64,000 nt of DNA, from contig PBHC01000003.1 of assembly GCA_002719295.1 (NCBI GenBank), positions 4,300 through 68,299 of the forward strand, written 5' to 3'. Position 1 is the stretch's first letter; the number at the start of each line of letters is the position of its first letter. Under the pieces are notes generated by a model. That model saw only the letters and a list, made by a program, of their open reading frames with translations, searched no databases and was not told the origin of the DNA. A program made the translations under genes and the position numbers. This DNA is from Chloroflexota bacterium. Lineage in GTDB: Bacteria; Chloroflexota; Dehalococcoidia; Lucifugimonadales; Lucifugimonadaceae. Shown here piece after piece: positions 10,031-20,548 of this stretch.

Positions 10031-10846
10031 ATGGAAAAAGAACTGAACGGTAAAGTCGCAATAGTAACTGGTGCAGGAAGGCTAAGAGGAATCGGAAGAG
10101 CATCAGCAGTAGCATTAGCAGAAATGGGTGCCAATGTCGTTGTTACTGGAACAGGAAGGGATCCTGATAATTATCCAGAGGATGAAAAATCAATAGGATG
10201 GAAAGATATTGAATCTACTGCTGAGCAAATCAGGAATAAAGGCTCTAGAGCTAAAACTATAGTTATGGACATATCTAAAGAAGAAGATGTAGACAGGATG
10301 ATACAAGAAACAATTGATGAATTTGGAAGAATAGATATTTTGGTAAATAATGCAGCTCCTCCATATGGAGAGGACAGAGTACCTGTAATAGAAGTTGATA
10401 ATGAAATATTTAAGAAAGTTCTTTTTGTAAAAGTTTACGGATCTTACTTGTGCTCAAAAGCAGCCGCCAAAATAATGATTGACCAAGGAGAAGGTGGAAG
10501 AATAATAAACCTCTCTTCAAGTGCTGGAAAAGAAGGCAATCCGCGTATGGCGGCTTATAATGCCGCTAATTTTGGATTGGAAGGTTTTTCTCAGTCGCTG
10601 GCAAAAGAACTTGCATTAAATAAAATAACAGTAAACTGTGTGTGCCCTGGGCAAACCGAAACATCTCGTTTAGATCCATTAGGAAGAGGGGCACTTTGGG
10701 AAAGTAAGGCAGAGCTAATTCCAATGGGAAGAGTTGGCTCAGATGAAGAAGTTGCAGACTTAATTGCATTTTTAGCTTCTGACAAAGCAAGGTTCATCAC
10801 AGGCCAAGCCATAAATATAAATGGAGGCTCCATAACTTCAAGGTAA
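10031..10846 (+). CDS. SDR family oxidoreductase (paralog 2)
   Basis: TGAGRLRGIG, VNNAA, YNAAN. Confidence 0.9.
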   Translation: MEKELNGKVAIVTGAGRLRGIGRASAVALAEMGANVVVTGTGRDPDNYPEDEKSIGWKDIESTAEQIRNKGSRAKTIVMDISKEEDVDRMIQETIDEFGRIDILVNNAAPPYGEDRVPVIEVDNEIFKKVLFVKVYGSYLCSKAAAKIMIDQGEGGRIINLSSSAGKEGNPRMAAYNAANFGLEGFSQSLAKELALNKITVNCVCPGQTETSRLDPLGRGALWESKAELIPMGRVGSDEEVADLIAFLASDKARFITGQAININGGSITSR

Positions 10847-10903
10847 AAGCCCTAATTTAGCATAAAAATATCCAAAACGCCTATGAGCTAATCTTCAGTT
10901 TAT

Positions 10904-10931
10904 TTGACAGCACCCCAAAATATTTTAAAAT
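10904..10931 (+). promoter_or_regulatory. putative sigma70-type promoter of groES-groEL
   Basis: TTGACA 10904-10909, 16-nt spacer, TAAAAT 10926-10931. Confidence 0.55.
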
Positions 10932-11032
10932 AGAAAATGTGTAATTATTAATCTAAGCATTAAGAAGTTAGTAATTATTGAAAATAATGTTTAAAAAATA
11001 AATGTTTAAATGAAATAGGAAGGAATGATTAA

Positions 11033-11329
11033 GTGGCACTTAAATTAAAACCATTAGGAGATAGAATTATCATCGAACCAACAGAGGAAGATGACTCTAA
11101 AAGCTCTGGGGGGATTATTATTCCTGACACTGCTAAAGAAAAACCTCAAAAGGGAAAAGTTGTTGCAGCAGGAGCTGGAAGAGTAAATGACGATGGAAAA
11201 ACCATCGCCCTAACTGTAAAAAACGGAGATGAAGTAATTTATTCCAAATATGCAGGGACAGAATATTCTGAAAGCGGAAAAGAATACTTGATAGTTAGAG
11301 AAAGTGATATTCTCGCTATAGTTGGATAA
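11033..11329 (+). CDS. groES: co-chaperonin GroES
   Basis: [30 protein letters not shown] start. Confidence 0.97.
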   Translation: MALKLKPLGDRIIIEPTEEDDSKSSGGIIIPDTAKEKPQKGKVVAAGAGRVNDDGKTIALTVKNGDEVIYSKYAGTEYSESGKEYLIVRESDILAIVG

Positions 11330-11369
11330 CAATAAAACATATCTAAAATTAGAAATAAAAATTAGTTAA

Positions 11370-13025
<1,656 letters not shown>

Positions 13026-13043
13026 ATCAAAATTAAAGATCAT

Positions 13044-13080
13044 AAAAAAGAGCTATTATTTTCTAATAGCTCTTTTTTTT
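13044..13080. terminator. bidirectional intrinsic terminator
   Basis: AAAAAAGAGCTATTA-ttttc-TAATAGCTCTTTTTT perfect 15-bp stem between convergent genes. Confidence 0.85.
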
Positions 13081-13738
13081 AATTGCTTAAGCTTTCATAA
13101 AGCTTAGTAAGCGATTCAATCCAAGCTTTCTGTACTTCAGGCGTCCAAGAAGGATCAAACTCAGGATATTTATCCAAAATTATTTTAACGATATTTGTAT
13201 TTTTTTCTACTGAATTTTTTTTAGACAATATAGATTGAGAAACCTGAGTTGTTTGAGATTTTATTTTTTCATTGCTATTTGATTTATTATTGTGCCTTCT
13301 TGCAAGTATATGGTTGGATAAACTTATATCAGAAAACTTTGCCGCTTGAATAAAAAATGATTCGCATTTTACTAAAACCCCTTCTTTAGTGCCAAATTTT
13401 TTAAAAGCTTCTCTAAACTGATATCTAGTAGCATTATCCAAATCTAACTCAAAGATGTGATCATAAAATTTAAATAATATTTTTCTCAATGTTTTTTTTT
13501 GTATACTTAAATCTTTTGAAACCAGGGAATTAAAATCTTGAGATGGAACTCCATCAGAATCAACCAGTTCAAAAAACTTAATTGCTGTCATTAACTGAGT
13601 CCCATTTGATCCTGAAAATCTATTGACCCACACGCTTCGGTCAATTCTACTAGGCATTCCTTGTGATAAAAATTCCAAAAAGGTTTGGAATGTCTTAAAT
13701 GCAACGTATGGGGGAATATTGTTTTTTGTAATTTTCAT
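13079..13738 (-). CDS. DUF5343-like protein
   Basis: PPYVAFKTF...PSRIDRS N-terminus and KYPEFDPSW C-terminus resemble this family. Confidence 0.6.
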   Translation of the reverse strand: MKITKNNIPPYVAFKTFQTFLEFLSQGMPSRIDRSVWVNRFSGSNGTQLMTAIKFFELVDSDGVPSQDFNSLVSKDLSIQKKTLRKILFKFYDHIFELDLDNATRYQFREAFKKFGTKEGVLVKCESFFIQAAKFSDISLSNHILARRHNNKSNSNEKIKSQTTQVSQSILSKKNSVEKNTNIVKIILDKYPEFDPSWTPEVQKAWIESLTKLYESLSN

Positions 13739-13894
13739 TTATCTAAGTTCAATTCATTGTTATATATGACATTATATGAAAAAAATTCCAAACAAAAAGC
13801 CTTTTAAGAATCATAATTTCCCAGCAAGGACAATTTTTGAAATTAGAATTTGGAATCTAGAAAATTAAGGTATAAGAAAAATAAATCAGGGGCA

Positions 13895-14767
13895 ATGATG
13901 AAAATAGAAATAAATGAAATAAAAATACAACCAGATCATCCAATTTTTCAGTATAAACCTATTAAGAATTTGCTGAATAAAAGGAATTCGTCTCAACAAA
14001 AACCGGTTGTTATAAAAAATAATGAAGTGTATTTACTTTATAGTGGAGAAAAGATTTATAGAAACGCAAAAAATAAAAATAAATCAAAGATTGAATGCAA
14101 TATTAAGGAAAAAATAGACGATATTGAATCCTTGAATTTATCTGAAATATATTTTTCAGGACTTAAAACTCCTTCAAAAATCGCCAAAGATTTTATTAAG
14201 TTTAGAGATTCTAACAATATTTCGCAGCAAGAATTAAGTAGAAGAACAGGAATAACACCAGGCACGATTCATCATTATGAATCCTTAATAAAAAAATTAA
14301 GTCCAGCGCTTTTAAATTCCCTAGATGAAGGGAAGCTAACATTTAAAGAAGCTAGATGCATTGCAGATATAGATGATTTTGAAAAACAAAATGAAATTGC
14401 AAAACCGTTTATTTCAGGCGATATTTCAAGTGTTTATGTTGAAAAAATAATTGGAAAAATCAAAAAAAATCCAAAAGCTCCACTAGATAAAATAGTAAAT
14501 TCAGTAATTAATGGAAAAGATATAAGCACTTCAAAAAAACATGAAGAGGTTGTAATAAAAGAAGAAGTTAAGAATCTTTCAATAGAAGAAAAAATTCTAC
14601 ACTTTGCAATTGAATTAGACTCTGTAAGAGAAGAAGAAATCCCTGAATATAGAAGATTGAGGGTTATTTCTACGTTGAAAATATTAGACTCTAAAATAAA
14701 ATCTACTTTAAATCATATGAATAGTACTTTTGTAGAAAACGCTAAAGTCTTTTCAAATAGTAAATAA
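13895..14767 (+). CDS. ParB/Spo0J-like HTH DNA-binding protein (start 13895 or 13898)
   Basis: IEINEIKI..QP N-terminus, SQQELSRRTG HTH, EGKLTFKEAR motif; AGGGG RBS. Confidence 0.65.
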   Translation: MMKIEINEIKIQPDHPIFQYKPIKNLLNKRNSSQQKPVVIKNNEVYLLYSGEKIYRNAKNKNKSKIECNIKEKIDDIESLNLSEIYFSGLKTPSKIAKDFIKFRDSNNISQQELSRRTGITPGTIHHYESLIKKLSPALLNSLDEGKLTFKEARCIADIDDFEKQNEIAKPFISGDISSVYVEKIIGKIKKNPKAPLDKIVNSVINGKDISTSKKHEEVVIKEEVKNLSIEEKILHFAIELDSVREEEIPEYRRLRVISTLKILDSKIKSTLNHMNSTFVENAKVFSNSK

Positions 14768-14777
14768 AGAGGTTGTA

Positions 14778-15878
14778 ATGCTTGAAAGATTTCATGTATC
14801 TGATGAAGACGCTATAAGAATAAATCATAATAAAATGCATTCTGTTACAAGACAAATTTTTGAAAAAATGGGTCTTTCAGAAGAAGATGCGGAGCTTTCC
14901 GCAGATGTACTAATTTATGCTGACTTAAATGGTGTAGATACACATGGTGTGTCAAATATGTTGAGAACCTATGTAAGGATGTACCAAACAAAGAATGTAA
15001 ATCCTAGGCCAAATATTAAGGTTGTCAAGGAGTCTGTGTCTACAGCTGCTTTAGATGGAGATAAGGGACTTGGAGTACACACCGCTCCATTTGCAATGAA
15101 AATGGCTATAGAAAAAGCTAAAAATACCGGTGTCGGTATAGTGACCCTAAATAATGCAGGCCACCTTGGTGCTGCAGGGTTTCATGCTAAGCTTGCTGTT
15201 GATGCTGACATGGTTGGGGTTTGTATGAGTGGAGGAGGAGGCTTTGCAATGTTACCTACATTTGGTGCAGAGCCAAGATTTGGGACTCAACCTATTGCTT
15301 GGGCAGCTCCAGCAAATAAGGAAGCCTATTTTATGTTTGATGCAGCTATGACACAAGTTGCAGGAAATAAAATAAAACTTTTAGAAAGATTAGAAACTCC
15401 ACTAGCACCAAATTGGATAGCAAATGAAGATGGATCTCCGATAGAAGATGAAAAATTATTAACAAAAGAAAATTTTCATGAAGATGGAAGAATGAAAGAT
15501 TTACATATGCTTCCTTTAGGTGGAGACAGAGAGAATGGTTCACATAAAGGATATGGATTTGCGGCTATAGTTGATATTATGTGTTCAATGCTTGGCGGAG
15601 CACAAGCTGGTTTTCTAGGAGGTAGTGGACATTACTTTGCTGCATATAACATTGATTCGTTTAGTGATACTAATTTATTTAAACAAAATATGGACGACTT
15701 TTTAAGAGGGCTTAGAGAAACCCCTCCTGCTCCCGGTCATAAAAGAGTCTTATACCCTGGATTAGCAGAGTACGAATCTAGATTAGACAGAAGTAAAAAT
15801 GGCATCCCATATCATCCTGAGGTAATAGAGTGGTTTGAATCAATCACATCAGAATTAGAAATAAAGATTGATTGGTAA
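14778..15878 (+). CDS. Ldh_2 family oxidoreductase (malate/lactate/sulfolactate type)
   Basis: ADLNGVDTHG, HLGA, GTQP, HKGYG, YPG. Confidence 0.9.
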   Translation: MLERFHVSDEDAIRINHNKMHSVTRQIFEKMGLSEEDAELSADVLIYADLNGVDTHGVSNMLRTYVRMYQTKNVNPRPNIKVVKESVSTAALDGDKGLGVHTAPFAMKMAIEKAKNTGVGIVTLNNAGHLGAAGFHAKLAVDADMVGVCMSGGGGFAMLPTFGAEPRFGTQPIAWAAPANKEAYFMFDAAMTQVAGNKIKLLERLETPLAPNWIANEDGSPIEDEKLLTKENFHEDGRMKDLHMLPLGGDRENGSHKGYGFAAIVDIMCSMLGGAQAGFLGGSGHYFAAYNIDSFSDTNLFKQNMDDFLRGLRETPPAPGHKRVLYPGLAEYESRLDRSKNGIPYHPEVIEWFESITSELEIKIDW

Positions 15879-15879
15879 C

Positions 15880-17286
15880 CTAGAAGTGAATTGCTTCATT
15901 ATTTGTATTAGCTGCAGCTTCCTTTATTACTTCTGAAAGAGTTGGATGTGCATGCGTTAATCTATGAAGTTCTTCGTTTGTTCCTTCTAAGTATTTTAGC
16001 ATTCCGATTTCACCAATCATTTCAGTAGCCTCTGCTCCTATAATATGTGCCCCTAAAATTTCACCTGTTTCTGTATCTGAAATAACCTTAGCAAATCCAT
16101 TAAAATTATTTATTGCTATAGATTTACCAGCAACTTGAAATGGGACTTTTCCGACTGAATAATTAAGGTTTTCTTCTTTAGCTTGCTCTTCAGTAATTCC
16201 TATACTAGCTATTTGAGGAGAACAATAAGTACACCGAGGCATATCTATATAATTTGTAATACCTTCAACATCTTTACCTGCAATAACCTCAGAAGCTAAA
16301 ATTCCTTGATCAAAAGCTACATGAGCTAGAGGTAACTTCCCGGTTACATCACCAATAGCATAAACACCATTAACATTTGTTTTCATGAATTCATCTACAA
16401 TTATAAATCCATTTTCATCAAGCTGAACTCCTGCTTTGTCTAAAGATAATTCGTCAGTATTTGGCTGTATTCCCACGCCTAACATGACCTTATCGAATTC
16501 CTTAGAAATAGACTCTCCTTTAGAATCATATTCTAAGGTAACTGAATTTTTATTCTTTTTCACTTTTGTTATATTTGCAGATGTGAATGCATTTATTCCT
16601 TGCTTATTAAACTGCCTTTCAAGTTCTTTTGAAATTTCACCGTCTTCTTTAGGAACCAATCTGTCCATTATTTCTAATAAGGAAACATCAACGCCATAAG
16701 CATTAAAAAAGTACGCGAATTCACATCCAATAGCAGAAGCTCCTATGATTGCAATTGAATCAGGTTTAGTACGAAGCTCTAATGCCTGCCTTGAAGTGAT
16801 AATTAGCTCTTTATCAATTTCTAAGTTTGGCAAAGATCTTGGTCGTGCTCCAGTTGCAATAATTATATTGTTACCTACAATAATTTCATTGGCCACCTCA
16901 ATTTTTGTAGATGAAATTAATTTCGCAGAACCCATGATCAAATCTATTTTATTTTTTTTGATCAAATACGCTATTCCTTGTGTTAATTTAGAAGAAACTG
17001 ACCTAGAGCGATCAATAGCTTTGGATATATCTGCTTTGAATTCCTTAAAGGAAAAGCCCCATTCATCTGGATTTTTCATTTCATTTAACAGCTCGGCGTT
17101 TTTTAGTAAAGACTTAGAAGGAATACAACCCCAGTTCAAACAAACCCCACCTAATCCTCCTATGCCACTTCCATCATCTTTTTCTACTAAACACACCTTT
17201 AAGCCTAATTGTGATGCTCTTATGGCTGCGTGATAGCCACCAGGACCTGCACCAATAACAACTAAATCAAAATTTTTCTCTGACAT
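15880..17286 (-). CDS. lpdA: dihydrolipoyl dehydrogenase (E3)
   Basis: GAGPGG, GGVCLNWGCIPSK, HAHPTLSE. Confidence 0.96.
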   Translation of the reverse strand: MSEKNFDLVVIGAGPGGYHAAIRASQLGLKVCLVEKDDGSGIGGLGGVCLNWGCIPSKSLLKNAELLNEMKNPDEWGFSFKEFKADISKAIDRSRSVSSKLTQGIAYLIKKNKIDLIMGSAKLISSTKIEVANEIIVGNNIIIATGARPRSLPNLEIDKELIITSRQALELRTKPDSIAIIGASAIGCEFAYFFNAYGVDVSLLEIMDRLVPKEDGEISKELERQFNKQGINAFTSANITKVKKNKNSVTLEYDSKGESISKEFDKVMLGVGIQPNTDELSLDKAGVQLDENGFIIVDEFMKTNVNGVYAIGDVTGKLPLAHVAFDQGILASEVIAGKDVEGITNYIDMPRCTYCSPQIASIGITEEQAKEENLNYSVGKVPFQVAGKSIAINNFNGFAKVISDTETGEILGAHIIGAEATEMIGEIGMLKYLEGTNEELHRLTHAHPTLSEVIKEAAANTNNEAIHF

Positions 17287-17320
17287 ATTTGTATCTTCCT
17301 CTAAATATTTGTATCTTTCA

Positions 17321-17572
17321 TTATTCTACTCTAAAGAAATTATAAAGCTTTAATATAATAACCCCAAAAAGTACTCCAAAAATAAAAAATATTAAAGTGA
17401 CTACTCCTATTAGCAATAAAACAGGAATAGGGTTTCCTGGGCAATTTATGTTTGTTGGGCATATATATATAAGGCTGACCAAAGAATATAGTACTGAAAA
17501 AAGAAATCCTACAATTGAAAAGATTAGTGATGATAAAAAAACAGTCCTAGGAAGTTTTCTGAAATTATACAT
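17321..17572 (-). CDS. small two-TM membrane protein
   Basis: two hydrophobic segments separated by CPTNINCP loop. Confidence 0.55.
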   Translation of the reverse strand: MYNFRKLPRTVFLSSLIFSIVGFLFSVLYSLVSLIYICPTNINCPGNPIPVLLLIGVVTLIFFIFGVLFGVIILKLYNFFRVE

Positions 17573-17633
17573 GTGTTTTATTAGGTAATAATTTTTAAAA
17601 TAATATATAAATATATCATTGTAAAAGACAAAT

Positions 17634-18857
17634 ATGAAAAAAATCCTTAACTCATTTTCAGGCTTAGCGTTAGTTATTGGCTTATCCTTAGGGCACGGAA
17701 TAAAGCACTTCGGACAAGGGGCCCTAACTGTGATTGGCCCATTGTTAAAAGCTTCTTTGAATTTATCAGAAGTTTCTTATGCTCTAATTTTTTCTTCAAT
17801 GAACGTTTCTAGCGGATTATCAAATATACCTGCCGGAATATTATCAGATATGTACAGAAGAAAAATAGCCTGGATGTTAGCAATTTCTATGTTCACTATA
17901 TCTTTCGGATACTTACTTATTGGAATTTCAAAAGTTTATATTTTAATTCTAATCGGTGTAATATTAATTGGTTTTGGAACAAGTTTTTGGCATGCTCCTG
18001 CCTTTGGAACACTAGCAGCTAGATATCCTGAAAGGAAAGGGTTTGCCCTATCTATGCATTTAACTGGAGCTCAAATTGGTAATACAATTGGACCTCCTAT
18101 AATCGGTGGGTTAATATCTGGAATAACCTTGGGTTCCATCATTAAATTTTCAGGCTTTGGATGGGAAAACGTATCCATTTTTCTTGTAATACCAATGATT
18201 TCAACAGGAATTCTTGTTTTGTTTTTATTTAAATCTGCTGGCATAGAATCAAATTCAAACTGGTCATTTGAAGAATATTTAATAAGAACTAAAACATTAA
18301 TTAAGGACAAAATAATCTTAGGATTAATCGTTTTAGGGGCAATGAGAGCTAGCATACATACATCATTTCAACTGTGGCTTGCTGTTTATTTAAAAGAGGA
18401 ATTAAATTATTCTGCTTGGATTATAGGATGGCACATAGCACTCATCACAGCTGCAGGAATAATATCTACTCCAATTATGGGAATTCTTTCTGATAAATTT
18501 GGAAGAAAACCTATAATACAAATTTCTATGTCACTTATGGCAATTTATTTATTTTTATTTCTAATTTTTGATGAAGGGTTAGGTTTGGTTATATTAATAG
18601 GTTTATTAGGTATGTTTTTTTTCTCTGTAATGCCAATAGTTACTGCAGCAACAATGGATAGAGTTCCTAAAGGAAGTGAAGGAAGCGGAACGGCTTTAAA
18701 TTTTATAGGCATGTCTTTAATTGGATTTATGGCTCCAGTTATATCCGGAATAATCTATTCAAAGTACAATTTTCAAGGAATTTCAATTTTTTCAGGAGTC
18801 ATCGCTGTATCTGGAATATTGCTATGTACCTTTTTACCTATGAAAAAAGTTAATTGA
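17634..18857 (+). CDS. MFS transporter
   Basis: GILSDMYRRK and GILSDKFGRK motif A repeats; about 12 TM segments. Confidence 0.9.
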   Translation: MKKILNSFSGLALVIGLSLGHGIKHFGQGALTVIGPLLKASLNLSEVSYALIFSSMNVSSGLSNIPAGILSDMYRRKIAWMLAISMFTISFGYLLIGISKVYILILIGVILIGFGTSFWHAPAFGTLAARYPERKGFALSMHLTGAQIGNTIGPPIIGGLISGITLGSIIKFSGFGWENVSIFLVIPMISTGILVLFLFKSAGIESNSNWSFEEYLIRTKTLIKDKIILGLIVLGAMRASIHTSFQLWLAVYLKEELNYSAWIIGWHIALITAAGIISTPIMGILSDKFGRKPIIQISMSLMAIYLFLFLIFDEGLGLVILIGLLGMFFFSVMPIVTAATMDRVPKGSEGSGTALNFIGMSLIGFMAPVISGIIYSKYNFQGISIFSGVIAVSGILLCTFLPMKKVN

Positions 18858-19617
18858 CTCTTGATAAAAATTTTTCAGAGTTAATTGATGATTGGGTTAT
18901 CGTTTGAATATATTTCTTTGTCACTTCTCTTATTTTTTCCAGATTTTTTACAGTAAAGTTAGATTTACTTACTTTGTTCCATTCATTGTTTATTAGGAAT
19001 CTCATAGCCTTAATAGAATTTTTATCTACTTGTACATAATTATCTGTTTCTGTAGAAAATTTTCTTTCTACCAATCCGCCATTAATAGACGAAAACAAAT
19101 GATTTCCTTCAGGTAAAGTATTTCCGCTTATTTGGCAATTATAAAGGTCTGGTAAAAATCCAGATAAAGATAGCAAGTTTAACTCAAACCATCTCATCAA
19201 TAAGTCTTTATTAACCGTCTTATCAATATTGTCTAAAGTTAAAGAAAGGTGGTAATAAATATCATTATTTGGATCATTTTCAACAGAAAATTTTTCTGCT
19301 AATTCTAGTAAATAAAAGCCTACAGATATAAGAGTTAGATCTTCTTTTATATTTTTATAATTTTCAATAGTTTCTACTTGAGACAGATTACTTAGATTAT
19401 CGTTTAGTGATATGTAGGCATTAATTTTAGATAAAACATCGATATGGCCGCCCATTTTTGATTTTGGTTTTCTTATGCCTTTTGCAACAACCTTAATTAT
19501 CCCTTGTCTTGGAGTTAAGAAAATAAAAATCCTATCTGCATCCCCAAAATCATATACCTTTAAAGCAATTGCTTCGGTTTGGATAAATTTTTTTCTTCTT
19601 TTATAAGCCTTCATCAA
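18850..19617 (-). CDS. recO: DNA repair protein RecO
   Basis: FGDADRI..LT...G...VAKGIRKPKSK; next to recR. Confidence 0.92.
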   Translation of the reverse strand: MMKAYKRRKKFIQTEAIALKVYDFGDADRIFIFLTPRQGIIKVVAKGIRKPKSKMGGHIDVLSKINAYISLNDNLSNLSQVETIENYKNIKEDLTLISVGFYLLELAEKFSVENDPNNDIYYHLSLTLDNIDKTVNKDLLMRWFELNLLSLSGFLPDLYNCQISGNTLPEGNHLFSSINGGLVERKFSTETDNYVQVDKNSIKAMRFLINNEWNKVSKSNFTVKNLEKIREVTKKYIQTITQSSINSEKFLSRVN

Positions 19618-20239
19618 TTACAACCCTTGATCCCAAAGCGTGAGAAATTGTTGTTTCATCTGCATACTCTATATCTGAACCCGATGGCATTCCTCTTGCT
19701 AATCTACTTACTTTCACCTTTGTACCAGAATCTGCTATTATTTGGTTTATATACATAGCAGTTGCTTCGCCCTCAAGATTTAAGTTAGTTGCAACCACAA
19801 TTTCTTTAACATTATTATCATTTTCAATTCTTCTTACTAACTCACTAATTCTAATCTCTTCTGGCCCTACTCCATTTGCTGGAGATAAAGAGCCGTGTAG
19901 AACATGAAAAAGTCCTTTATATGCTCCAGATTTTTCCAAAACATAAACATCCATTGCCTCTTCAACCACGCAAATAATTGACCTGTCTCTTGATTCAGTA
20001 AGACATATTTCGCATTTTGTCTCCTGTGAAATATTTTGACATATTTCACAATAAATAATTTTATTTTTTATTTCAGCAAGAGCTGTTGAAATGCTTTTAA
20101 CTTGGTCACTAGGCATTTTTAAAGTTGCAAAAGCAAGCCTCTGAGCTGTTTTTGGTCCGATTGATGGTAAAAGTCTAAAAGATTCAATTAAATCATTTAA
20201 TGCTTCTGGAATAAAAGGGGAATTATTTAAAGGAGACAT
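19601..20239 (-). CDS. recR: recombination mediator RecR
   Basis: LPSIGPKTAQRL, C4 finger, EGEATA, EYADE. Confidence 0.96.
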   Translation of the reverse strand: MSPLNNSPFIPEALNDLIESFRLLPSIGPKTAQRLAFATLKMPSDQVKSISTALAEIKNKIIYCEICQNISQETKCEICLTESRDRSIICVVEEAMDVYVLEKSGAYKGLFHVLHGSLSPANGVGPEEIRISELVRRIENDNNVKEIVVATNLNLEGEATAMYINQIIADSGTKVKVSRLARGMPSGSDIEYADETTISHALGSRVVIDEGL

Positions 20240-20240
20240 A

Positions 20241-20546
20241 CTACAAACCTGGTATATTTAATCCACCCGTTACTTCTGACATTATTTTTTTTGAAGATTT
20301 TTCAGCTTCCTTAATTCCCTCATTCAATGCTTTTATCAAATTTTTTTCTAAATCTTTAGGAGAAGTTTGAGATAAAAAATCTTCATTAATCTTGATTGCC
20401 TTTATATTGGATGTTCCTTGAATTACTACCTGAATGTTACCATCCTTAGATTCAGATAAAGTTTCAAGCTTATCTATCTTTTTTTTCAGTCCATTCATTT
20501 GTTTCATCAAGCTTCCAGCTTGCTTCATTTTATCCATATTAAACAT
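20241..20546 (-). CDS. ybaB: YbaB/EbfC nucleoid-associated protein
   Basis: 101 aa between dnaX and recR; TGGLNIPGL end. Confidence 0.88.
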   Translation of the reverse strand: MFNMDKMKQAGSLMKQMNGLKKKIDKLETLSESKDGNIQVVIQGTSNIKAIKINEDFLSQTSPKDLEKNLIKALNEGIKEAEKSSKKIMSEVTGGLNIPGL

Positions 20547-20548
20547 AA

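Noticed and set aside
10850..11030. CIRCE element before groES
   Set aside because: Only half-site resemblance (TTAGCAT, TAAGCATTA); no TTAGCACTC-N9-GAGTGCTAA.
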